From an uncultured Candidatus Saccharibacteria bacterium (GTDB lineage: Bacteria; Patescibacteriota; Minisyncoccia; Phycocordibacterales; GWA1-40-21), in assembly GCA_964539415.1 (NCBI GenBank), contig CAZIID010000003.1:1-38250 (forward strand): a DNA stretch of 38,250 bases, given 5' to 3'. The notes beneath the pieces were generated by a model that saw nothing but the letters and a program-made list of their open reading frames with translations, was not told where the DNA came from and searched no databases. The position numbers and the translations under genes are program-made. Each line of letters begins with the position of its first letter. The first letter of the stretch is position 1. Positions 30,685-38,250 of this stretch are shown here, piece after piece.

Positions 30685-32710
30685 TGTCTTGCTGACCCAA
30701 CATTTTTCTTAAAACATCTTCTGGAATTTCTTTTGGTTTATTATTAGGCTCGACTGGATTTGTTTCAACATTAGTTTCTTTTTTTGTTTCTATCTTAACT
30801 TCTGTCTTTGTCTCAACTGTATGTTCTATCTTGTGGTCAGAAGTATTATTTTCTTTTTTTTGCTCAACTTTATTTTCTTCTTGTTTTTTTTCTGGAATTT
30901 TATTTTCAACGTTTACCGATACAGGTGTTGTTTTCTTTGGTAAAACAGAAGCCAAAGCTGATCTTAAATCAGAAGTGTTTTTATCACTTGCACCAGCACC
31001 ATTTTTCTTTTTATCCAAAACTTTATTTAACTGATTTTTTCTCTGTTCTTCTTCCTTCTCTTTTTGGGTTAATTGTTTACTCAATTCTTTTAAAGGCAGG
31101 AAATCATCGGCTTTTTCATCTAGCTCTTCAATAGGAGGTAGGGTAGGTTTTGGCGTCTGAACAGTACTTTCAACCCGTGGGGTATTTTGAACTGTTTTAG
31201 GGGCAATTTTGGGCTCAGAAACGGCATTCTGAGGCCTATTTTGATTGATTACGGGTTTCTGAACAATGTTATTATTTTGAGCTGTATTTTGGTTATTTCC
31301 TGATTTAAAATTGCCATTTGTAACATTTTGAACAGCTGGCTGAATTGGAACCTGAGCCTTTGTTTTTAAATCAGTTTTTTCAGCTGAGTTTATTTTATTC
31401 TGAGGTTTTGGCTCAACGTATTTGGTCTCATGCCACACCTTTATAGCCTCCTCAACTTTCATTCTTTCTTGTGCAAAAAGTTTTCTTGAACTATCAACTA
31501 TTTCTCTTTTATATGAGATCACAGGTTGTGGATATGGTGGAAGTGAAGCGGCAGAAAAAGGCGAAGAACTAACTCCATCTATCATAAGTTTTAAATATAG
31601 CTGATATATTCCGAGGTTAACCAAATCTTCGGCTGTAAACTGCGGTGCAAATTCTTTTTCAAATAACTCAGCATCAAAAGCACCAACTCTAAAAGAAATC
31701 ATCGTACCAACGTTTCCAAAAACAGCAGCTCTCACCTCTTCTGGCATTTGCTCTACGTATTGGTGAGTTATTGTAAGATTGAGTTTATATTTTCTAGCTT
31801 CAGACAAAATGTTTGCGAAAGATTCATTTGCAAAAGACTGGAATTCATCTACATACAAATAGAAGTTCGGAAGTTTATTTAGAGCCGACTCTTGAACATC
31901 GGCACGAGACATAGCACCGAGATATATTTTTGTAACAAGCATACTTCCAAGCAAAGTTGCATTTGTCTCTCCTACTCTTCCTTTTGAAAGGTTTATTATT
32001 AAAATTTTCTTTTCATCCATCACTCTTCTTATATCAAAAGAAGATTTTGGTTGTCCGATAATATTTCTTATAAGAGGGTTTGCAGTAAATTGTCCGATCT
32101 TGTTTTGGATTGCTGGAGTTGCTTCTGCAGCAAATTTCTCCGTATATTTTGCAAATTCATCTACCCAAAAAGATTTTACAGCGGGATCTGAAATATTATC
32201 TACAACTTTCTTTCTATAATCTTTGTCGGAAAGCATTCTATTAACACCGAGCAGAGTTGCACTTGGATATTCAAGAAGTGCGAGTAAAGTATTGCTCAAA
32301 ATATATTCCATTCTTGCAGACCAAGCATCCTCCCAAATCTTTTTGAAAGTACTCATAAGACCTGACGCAACAAGGTGTCTTTTATCAAAACCAACATCTT
32401 CCATAACATTAAAAGAAATTGGATGATCCAAATCAAAAGGAGCAAAATAAATAACATCTTTAATTCTTTCTGGTGGAACGTAATCCAAAAGAAGCTCAGC
32501 TGTTTTTCCGTGAGGGTCGATAAATGCCATACCTTCACCATTTTGAATATCTTGAATCGCCATGTTCTCAAGCAAAGTAGATTTGCCCATACCAGTCTTT
32601 CCGATAACATACATATGACGAGTTCTGTCTTTTGCTTTAATACCAAACTTCACTCGTTTGTTACGAGAATCTGTTTCTCCGAAATATGTAATTTTATTAT
32701 TAGGATCCAT
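30677..32710 (-). CDS. VirD4/TraG/HerA-like ATPase with long low-complexity C-terminal tail
   Basis: Walker A GKTGMGKS, IDPHG, Walker B LYVDEFQ, SEARKY, GNVGT. Confidence 0.88.
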   Translation of the reverse strand: MDPNNKITYFGETDSRNKRVKFGIKAKDRTRHMYVIGKTGMGKSTLLENMAIQDIQNGEGMAFIDPHGKTAELLLDYVPPERIKDVIYFAPFDLDHPISFNVMEDVGFDKRHLVASGLMSTFKKIWEDAWSARMEYILSNTLLALLEYPSATLLGVNRMLSDKDYRKKVVDNISDPAVKSFWVDEFAKYTEKFAAEATPAIQNKIGQFTANPLIRNIIGQPKSSFDIRRVMDEKKILIINLSKGRVGETNATLLGSMLVTKIYLGAMSRADVQESALNKLPNFYLYVDEFQSFANESFANILSEARKYKLNLTITHQYVEQMPEEVRAAVFGNVGTMISFRVGAFDAELFEKEFAPQFTAEDLVNLGIYQLYLKLMIDGVSSSPFSAASLPPYPQPVISYKREIVDSSRKLFAQERMKVEEAIKVWHETKYVEPKPQNKINSAEKTDLKTKAQVPIQPAVQNVTNGNFKSGNNQNTAQNNNIVQKPVINQNRPQNAVSEPKIAPKTVQNTPRVESTVQTPKPTLPPIEELDEKADDFLPLKELSKQLTQKEKEEEQRKNQLNKVLDKKKNGAGASDKNTSDLRSALASVLPKKTTPVSVNVENKIPEKKQEENKVEQKKENNTSDHKIEHTVETKTEVKIETKKETNVETNPVEPNNKPKEIPEDVLRKMLGQQDNE

Positions 32711-32745
32711 TCCAGTTAATTATAATATGTTTTTATATAAAAAAA

Positions 32746-32795
32746 TAGCCCTGCTCTAATCTTGTTCATTGTTGAACAAAAATAGAGCAGGGCTA
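32746..32795 (-). terminator. Terminator hairpin of orphan 32809-33198
   Basis: TAGCCCTGCTCTA/TAGAGCAGGGCTA outer stem, TTGTTCA/TGAACAA inner stem, U-tract on minus. Confidence 0.75.
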
Positions 32796-32808
32796 ACGTG
32801 CTTAAAAA

Positions 32809-33198
32809 TTATCCGAGACTAACAGTTGAAAACTGCCTCATCGTTCCGCTTGGAATGTTGCAAGGCCGAATCTTACCGTCGCACCCCCTTGGACCGACAT
32901 TTGAGGCATCTCTTGATTTACGAACAAAATCAACACTCGCCCAAAAACTTTTTGCACCGAGGACAATCGAAGCTTTCATCGCTTCCCCCAAACCGATGTT
33001 GTTATCAAGATAACGAAGAGCATAGGATTTCGTAATCTCAATAGCTTCGCTTCTTTCCATAACAGGCCAACCCATTATTTCAAAAGCATTCTCAACTGTA
33101 TATGAAATCTCCCGCTGGTTTCCAAATGCGTCGACGAGGTGCTTCATAAACCTCCTCTGACGATTCCCCCTTCTCCTGCTTCCTTTCGACATAAACAT
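32809..33198 (-). CDS. Hypothetical protein, Arg-rich N-terminus
   Basis: 129-aa ORF between a consensus promoter and a terminator; G-rich segment before the ATGs. Confidence 0.55.
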   Translation of the reverse strand: MFMSKGSRRRGNRQRRFMKHLVDAFGNQREISYTVENAFEIMGWPVMERSEAIEITKSYALRYLDNNIGLGEAMKASIVLGAKSFWASVDFVRKSRDASNVGPRGCDGKIRPCNIPSGTMRQFSTVSLG

Positions 33199-33297
33199 CC
33201 CCCCAAAGAAAAGAACTCCCCTGACTAATGCTCTGTGCTATTTTAAACACAAAAGAAGAAATGCACTCACATTCCCTCCCGCATTACACCTATATAT

Positions 33298-33326
33298 AGT
33301 ATACAGAAAAATGACTATAGTGTCAA
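33298..33326 (-). promoter_or_regulatory. Sigma70 promoter TTGACA-N17-TATACT
   Basis: Near-perfect consensus upstream of orphan 32809-33198. Confidence 0.75.
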
Positions 33327-33329
33327 CAA

Positions 33330-33380
33330 AAAACCTAGGCTAAACCTCTCTGGTAATTTGGAGGTTTAGCCTTTGGTTTT
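33330..33380 (-). terminator. Hairpin downstream of the DUF4015-like gene
   Basis: AGGCTAAACCTC (33337-33348)/GAGGTTTAGCCT (33361-33372), flanking A/T tracts. Confidence 0.6.
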
Positions 33381-33402
33381 TAAATTATTTATTAATTACT
33401 TC

Positions 33403-33486
33403 TGTCATTGCGAGGAGGTCTACCGACGTGGCAATCCAAGAAATTAAAAGATGGTTTGTTTCGTCACTTTGTTCCTCGCAAAGACA
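33403..33486. repeat. GTCATTGCGAG...GCAATCC palindromic REP/RPE-like element
   Basis: TGTCATTGCGAGGA...GCAATCC...TCCTCGCAAAGACA terminal IR; related copy inside murC. Confidence 0.8.
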
Positions 33487-33498
33487 AAAAGAAAAAAA

Positions 33499-34668
33499 CT
33501 ATTTAATCTTAAAAGCTGAAGTAGTATATTTATTTGATGCATTCCACATCATCCAAGAATCAAGTCCGCTATCATAAGTTGCCTGCATTTGAGCTCTAAC
33601 TTTTACTGCATCGTAATCAGCACCCAAATCAAAATCTTGAAGCCAAGGTCTGAGTTTGTTTGGAGTGCTACTTGCGACTATTGCTCTACCGACGGCAATG
33701 TCCATTGAATATTTTATAACTTCATAAGGATTATCTGCTGGGTTTGCAAGATTTATAAAACCGCTTGGATAATGAGATGGATATACCATTGGAGCGACAT
33801 AGTCAAAATATTTTAAAGCACTCTCAAGTATTTGACCTATATTTAGATCATCATAATTCGTTGTCGTCATACCAAAAACGTCTCCAGAAATAGGAACTCC
33901 TAGGTCCTTTAGGTTTTCATGTAGGTAAGAATAAAACTCATTCATCACTTCAGTCTTAATTTTTCCTTCAGAAAACGGATAGTAAATATCTTTCATATTT
34001 CCATCGGACGGAAATCTAATATAATCAAAATTTATTTCATCAAAACCTATTGCGTAAGATTCTTTTGCTAAGTCTACTACATAATCCCAAATCTCTTTTG
34101 ACCCCGCATCAAACCAACTTATACCTTTATAGTCTTTCCAAATTGCTCCGTCACTTTTTCTTTTAACAGCAGAGTCTGGCTTTTTACCTACGAGAAAATG
34201 ATCTTGAAACGTTGATATTCTTCCAATTACATAAATATTGTCTTTGTGGAGTTCATTTATAAATTCTTTCAAATCAGAACTTTTACAACCCTTCCCCCCG
34301 TTATCTGCAAATTTAGCACCTTCCGGAGTAAAGGAAATTGTTCCTGTATAATCTTTAATATCAATAAGAATTGAATTTATTTCAGTATTGCGTGCAATGT
34401 TTGCCAACCCTTCTCTTATGCTTGGAGTGGCAGCAACACAAGCTGTCATATAAATAGCTTTTACAGGAATGGGAGTTTTTATATGCACGACTTTTATACC
34501 ATCATCTTTCTTTACCGTTTCGGTAGTTGAGGAAGTATCGCCTTTGATAAGTTCAAAATTTAAAGGAAAAAAGTAAGGAGTTATAAAATAAAAAACTCCT
34601 GCAAAAATTATTGCAGATATAACAAAAGAAATATATATTTTTCCTGAATTGGAAATTTTGTTAATCAT
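33499..34668 (-). CDS. Membrane-anchored putative glycoside hydrolase (DUF4015-like)
   Basis: N-terminal TM; IDIKD, GFDEINFDYIRFP, PMVYPSHY, RPWLQDF, WNASNKY. Confidence 0.8.
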   Translation of the reverse strand: MINKISNSGKIYISFVISAIIFAGVFYFITPYFFPLNFELIKGDTSSTTETVKKDDGIKVVHIKTPIPVKAIYMTACVAATPSIREGLANIARNTEINSILIDIKDYTGTISFTPEGAKFADNGGKGCKSSDLKEFINELHKDNIYVIGRISTFQDHFLVGKKPDSAVKRKSDGAIWKDYKGISWFDAGSKEIWDYVVDLAKESYAIGFDEINFDYIRFPSDGNMKDIYYPFSEGKIKTEVMNEFYSYLHENLKDLGVPISGDVFGMTTTNYDDLNIGQILESALKYFDYVAPMVYPSHYPSGFINLANPADNPYEVIKYSMDIAVGRAIVASSTPNKLRPWLQDFDLGADYDAVKVRAQMQATYDSGLDSWMMWNASNKYTTSAFKIK

Positions 34669-34898
34669 TAAATACTTTTCTTCCCTTTTGGCTCGCTTTG
34701 AGAAAAAGTATCATTCTTCTCTTCTCCATGAAGAACCCTAAGCACTTCGTGAAGTTCTCTTCTTATAAGAAGAGAAAGGATTGCTATTAAAACGCCAAAA
34801 AAGACATAAAGAAAAGTCTTGGTACTGCTCGGGAAACCAGAATAAGGGACCAAAGCTACTAATATACCAAAAACAAATATTGTTGAAATTTTAATCAT
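34668..34898 (-). CDS. Small two-TM hypothetical protein
   Basis: Helical hairpin around PYSGFP; start of the next gene overlaps its stop. Confidence 0.7.
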   Translation of the reverse strand: MIKISTIFVFGILVALVPYSGFPSSTKTFLYVFFGVLIAILSLLIRRELHEVLRVLHGEEKNDTFSQSEPKGKKSI

Positions 34899-34960
34899 AC
34901 TTTATATAAAATTAATTAGATACAGTTTATAATAACAAGTTTAATGTAAATATCAAAGGA

Positions 34961-35662
34961 TTATTTTTCTGAAACTATTACAACAAACTCTCCTCTTACC
35001 TTATCTGGATTAACTGTAAAATATTTTTCAATATCAGACGGGCTTCCAGATATTACTTGCTCAAAAATTTTTGTAAGCTCACGTGCAATAGTAATATTTT
35101 TCTCTGGTGCAAATTTAACAAGAGATGCTAAAGCTTTCATTATTCTGTGAGGTGATTCATAAAAAACCATTGTTCTTTCTGTCTCAGCCATTTCTTTAAA
35201 TAAAGTTTCTCTTCCCTTCTTGTGCGGTAAAAATCCAAGAAAAATAAACTCAGATGTATCAATACCAGAAACAGATAGAGCCGTGACAAGAGCTGACGGA
35301 CCAGGAATAGGAATAATTTCTAATTCGGGAAAAACAGCACGAAGTTCTGAGACAAGCACTGTCCCTGGATCAGATATTGCTGGTGTTCCAGCACAAGATA
35401 CAAAAGCAATATTTTTTCCATCAGCGACCGCATCAAATATTTTCTGCAATTTGTTAACCCTTTCTGTTTGTCCAAAAGAACGAGCAGAATCGGCAGGATA
35501 ACTCATCAATGGTGTTTTTATATCATATCTACTTAAAAGATTTTTTGTGATTCTTGTATCTTCAGAAAGAATTAAATCGACTTCACTCAAAGTCCTTACG
35601 GCTCTGTAAGTTATGTCTTCCAAATTTCCAATTGGTGTACCAACAATATAAAATTTACTCAT
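34961..35662 (-). CDS. rsmI: 16S rRNA (cytidine1402-2'-O)-methyltransferase
   Basis: TPIGNLEDITYRA, EDTR, AGTPAISDPG, GFLP, YESPHR, RELTK, RGEF. Confidence 0.95.
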   Translation of the reverse strand: MSKFYIVGTPIGNLEDITYRAVRTLSEVDLILSEDTRITKNLLSRYDIKTPLMSYPADSARSFGQTERVNKLQKIFDAVADGKNIAFVSCAGTPAISDPGTVLVSELRAVFPELEIIPIPGPSALVTALSVSGIDTSEFIFLGFLPHKKGRETLFKEMAETERTMVFYESPHRIMKALASLVKFAPEKNITIARELTKIFEQVISGSPSDIEKYFTVNPDKVRGEFVVIVSEK

Positions 35663-35735
35663 ACATATAATCTACCTTAAATTTAAAATAATACCAACTT
35701 TGCATTAATTAAAAATTAATTACATAAAAAAGAAA

Positions 35736-35761
35736 GCGCGGAAACCTTTCGGTTTCCGCGC
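35736..35761 (-). terminator. Intrinsic terminator of orphan 35773-36489
   Basis: GCGCGGAAACC-GAAA-GGTTTCCGCGC-TTTCTTTT on the minus strand. Confidence 0.85.
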
Positions 35762-35772
35762 ATATTTAAAGA

Positions 35773-36489
35773 TCACCCTTTCGGAAAAACATTCGTACTT
35801 CCATCACTCTGTCCCCACGGGAAATGGAATGTGGTATGTCCATCTGCTTGGATCCTCGACCGAATCTCAGTGAGTATATCACTTCTCTTTTCGAGAGATG
35901 CAATATGTCGTCTTTTCTCAGCTAGGGTCAAGCGATACATAGAAACGAAAGCAAATACCAGTGAAGGTCCCATCTGAGGATAGCTCTCGAAGAACTTTAT
36001 TACCTCCTTTTCATCATCTATGATATCTACATCCGAAATGAAGAATTCGTAATTAACTTCGAAGAGTTTGGTCATGCAAATGACGCCAGCGTTTGTAAGA
36101 ACTGCACTGACGATATTTACATCATCAAGTTGCATGCGACAAATCTCGACAATTTTAGTTCTGGTAAGAGCCTTGATCTTGGGATCACTTTTCATCTGGT
36201 CAGAAATGCGATACTTATATTCAGACCAACGTGTTCTTTCATCAAAAACAAATTCGTCTGTACCTTTAAGGAAATAACAATTGATTGAATTGTCTCCTTC
36301 CAGAAATCTGAACAGTGGGATGTATTCGATATCCGCTTTGCAGTATACGAATACAACCTTAAAAAGATCGTACCACTCTTGTGGCGACAATTCGTCGCAT
36401 CCAACCTTCTTCAATCCTGAAATGATTGCGACTTTGTCAGAGAGTATCAGTTTCGTATCTTTTCCTTCTTGACTGTTGGACGAATCCAT
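35773..36489 (-). CDS. Hypothetical protein
   Basis: 238-aa ORF, AGGAG 7 nt upstream, own promoter and terminator, visibly more GC-rich than neighbours. Confidence 0.7.
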   Translation of the reverse strand: MDSSNSQEGKDTKLILSDKVAIISGLKKVGCDELSPQEWYDLFKVVFVYCKADIEYIPLFRFLEGDNSINCYFLKGTDEFVFDERTRWSEYKYRISDQMKSDPKIKALTRTKIVEICRMQLDDVNIVSAVLTNAGVICMTKLFEVNYEFFISDVDIIDDEKEVIKFFESYPQMGPSLVFAFVSMYRLTLAEKRRHIASLEKRSDILTEIRSRIQADGHTTFHFPWGQSDGSTNVFPKG

Positions 36490-36496
36490 TGTCAGT

Positions 36497-36602
36497 CTCC
36501 TATTTGTGGCTGTCGGACGAATCCGTTGTCAGCCGTTGTGGTGTACTACCGGAACACTCCGGCGTCTAAAATAGAGATTACTCTTTTTACAAAAAGAGTC
36601 AA
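36497..36602 (-). promoter_or_regulatory. Promoter TTGACT-N16-TAATCT with operator-like IR, followed by a two-hairpin 5' UTR and SD
   Basis: ACTCTTTTT-ac-AAAAAGAGT 36580-36599; hairpins 36549-36562 and 36508-36534 (UUCG loop on minus). Confidence 0.6.
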
Positions 36603-36725
36603 ACCTACAACCTTCACAATTAAACATGAAACTTTTACATGTATACAATAACTTACGACCGTTTATTATTGTATGCATAGAGAAAAAATGAGAAATATAC
36701 TATAAATTGTTACAAGAATTAAAAA

Positions 36726-36753
36726 GAGCCTTCATGCTAATGCACGAAGGCTC
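36726..36753 (-). terminator. Probable terminator downstream of murC
   Basis: GAGCCUUCGUGC-AUUA-GCAUGAAGGCUC-UUUUU with a G-U pair on the minus strand. Confidence 0.7.
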
Positions 36754-36770
36754 GAATTTTCTCTCAAAAA

Positions 36771-36814
36771 CAAAAATATCCAATCTACGCCATGGCGTAG
36801 ATTGGATATTTTTG
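36771..36814. repeat. Perfect 44-bp spacerless palindrome
   Basis: CAAAAATATCCAATCTACGCCA|TGGCGTAGATTGGATATTTTTG. Confidence 0.9.
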
Positions 36815-36826
36815 GAAACATTTTTC

Positions 36827-36930
36827 CTTATACCCCAGTAGTAGAGAAATATGAATTTCTCACTACGGGGCAGGCTTATACCTGCCTGCCACGCCTGCGC
36901 GTGCAGGGCAGTCAGGCTAATTTCTTATAC
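36827..36930. repeat. Two CCTG(C/A)C...GGT hairpin mini-elements separated by CTTATAC direct repeats
   Basis: CTTATAC at 36827, 36875 and 36924; GC-rich hairpins ending in CAGG at 36874 and 36916. Confidence 0.65.
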
Positions 36931-38238
36931 TATCTTTTCCCCAATCTTGTATGCCTCCCCTGCTCCCATAGTTATTAAAACTTCGCCACCTTTTAGATTT
37001 TTCTTTAAATAGTTTTCTGCTTCAGAAAAAGTCGAAAAAGAATGAACCTTCTTTTTCCTGGATTGCTTTGCTTCGCTCGCAATGACAGCAGAAGCTAAAA
37101 TGTCAGATGAGATTGTTGGATCAAACACTTCACGGGCTGGAAATATCGGCACGAGCAAGACCTCATCTGCGTCAGTAAAAGCTTTTGCAAAGTCATTCAA
37201 TAAGAGCTTAGTTCTAGAAAAAAGATGTGGCTGAAAAACTACTATTATTTTTTCTTTTTTAAACATCTCCCTTGCACCTTTTAAGGTTGCCTTTATTTCT
37301 GTTGGATGATGACCATAATCATCATAAATTTTTGTTCCATCTTTTGTCTCACCTTTAAATTCAAATCTTCTCCATGTTCCAGAAAATTCAGATAAAGATT
37401 TTTCTGCTTTATGCTTATCTATTTCTAATATATGTGCAACAGCAAGAGCCACTGCCCCATCAAGTTTATTGTGTTTACCAGGAAAATTTAACTTCATTTT
37501 TTCATCATAAAAATCCATATAATCTACAACCTTCGCTTTAACATCTTTTAAGACATTAGTTTTTTCTAAATTTTTCTTATCACAAACAATATATCCCTTT
37601 TCTGAAACTTTCTGTGCCATTTCATTAAAAGCACTTTTAATATCGTCTAGATCTTTATAATAATCTAAATGATCATTATCAATATTTGTGATGGCCAATA
37701 TCGTCGGTTCAATATTTAAAAATGATCTTCTATATTCACAAGCCTCAACAATAAAATATTTGCTTTTGCCTGAGATGAAGTTTGTTTTTGATTCTTTTAG
37801 CAAAGAACCGACAATAACTGTAGGATCAAGTTTGTTGTCCATAGCTATTTTTGCAACCATTGCTGTCGTGGTTGTCTTACCATGAGTACCAGAAACAGCA
37901 ATTGTATATTTGTGAGCCGATATTTTATTTAAAGCTTCTGGATATGTAATACAAACTATCCCTCTTTTTTTAGCTTCCCTTAATTCAGGATTTTCTTCTG
38001 TTATAGCTATAGTATAAATTACCAAATCAGTATTTTTAGTAAGATTTTTACTATCATGTCCTAGAGATATCTTTGCACCTTCTTTTTTTAATTCTTCTAT
38101 AACTTCTGAAACTGAAGAATCCGAGCCACTAACCTTTTTACCTTCCGACAACATCATACGGGCAATAGCAGATATTCCTATACCACCAATTCCGATAAAA
38201 TATATATTTTTATAATCATCAAAAAAACTTTTTTTCAT
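36925..38238 (-). CDS. murC: UDP-N-acetylmuramate--L-alanine ligase
   Basis: GIGGIGIS, GTHGKTTTT, EACEY, DHLD, RRFE, DDYGHHPTE, FQPH, MGAG. Confidence 0.96.
   Translation of the reverse strand: MKKSFFDDYKNIYFIGIGGIGISAIARMMLSEGKKVSGSDSSVSEVIEELKKEGAKISLGHDSKNLTKNTDLVIYTIAITEENPELREAKKRGIVCITYPEALNKISAHKYTIAVSGTHGKTTTTAMVAKIAMDNKLDPTVIVGSLLKESKTNFISGKSKYFIVEACEYRRSFLNIEPTILAITNIDNDHLDYYKDLDDIKSAFNEMAQKVSEKGYIVCDKKNLEKTNVLKDVKAKVVDYMDFYDEKMKLNFPGKHNKLDGAVALAVAHILEIDKHKAEKSLSEFSGTWRRFEFKGETKDGTKIYDDYGHHPTEIKATLKGAREMFKKEKIIVVFQPHLFSRTKLLLNDFAKAFTDADEVLLVPIFPAREVFDPTISSDILASAVIASEAKQSRKKKVHSFSTFSEAENYLKKNLKGGEVLITMGAGEAYKIGEKIV
37054..37088 (-). repeat. In-frame half copy of the GTCATTGCGAG element inside murC (encodes VIASEAKQSR)
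   Basis: Minus strand CTGTCATTGCGAG-cgaagcaaa-GCAATCCAGGAAA vs 33402-33443 CTGTCATTGCGAG...GCAATCCAAGAAA. Confidence 0.8.
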
Positions 38239-38250
38239 ATATAAATATTA

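Noticed and set aside
30677-32710. Integrative conjugative element
   Set aside because: No integrase, relaxase, att repeats or other T4SS genes in the window
36626-36691. 21-aa plus-strand ORF MKLLHVYNNLRPFIIVCIEKK
   Set aside because: No clear promoter or RBS; it coincides with an inverted repeat that explains the sequence
36827-36930. CRISPR or TIGR array
   Set aside because: Repeat is only 7 bp with three copies, the intervening units are self-palindromic, and there is no cas or Nop-domain gene

Overview
AT-rich bacterial chromosomal segment. Gene content and style suggest Patescibacteria/CPR (Parcubacteria-like); this is inference from the short Obg, MYG1, stand-alone VirD4/TraG-like ATPase, Wzy_C+TPR membrane protein and SD-less housekeeping genes. 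The backbone is minus-strand housekeeping genes (rplY, fba, cytosine deaminase, rpe, rpiB, gatB, obg, MYG1, gpmI, eno, secA, murB, rsmI, murC). It is interrupted by an ~11 kb plus-strand surface-glycan cluster (Wzx, 2x AsnB, GT2/GT4/GT11, methyltransferases) next to an O-antigen-ligase/TPR gene and a HIGH-nucleotidyltransferase::GHMP-kinase fusion. The most unusual signals lie outside the ORF track. (i) Two adjacent putative small RNAs between murB and the ligase gene share three 7-9 nt motifs, two of which reappear bracketing an orphan gene 17 kb away. (ii) An unannotated 23-aa Lys/Ala histone-H1-like micro-gene has its own promoter and terminator. (iii) Several small palindromic mobile-type repeats occur, one read in-frame inside murC. 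(iv) Three stand-alone orphan genes have TTGAC promoters and private terminators. No rRNA, tRNA, CRISPR array or transposase was seen.
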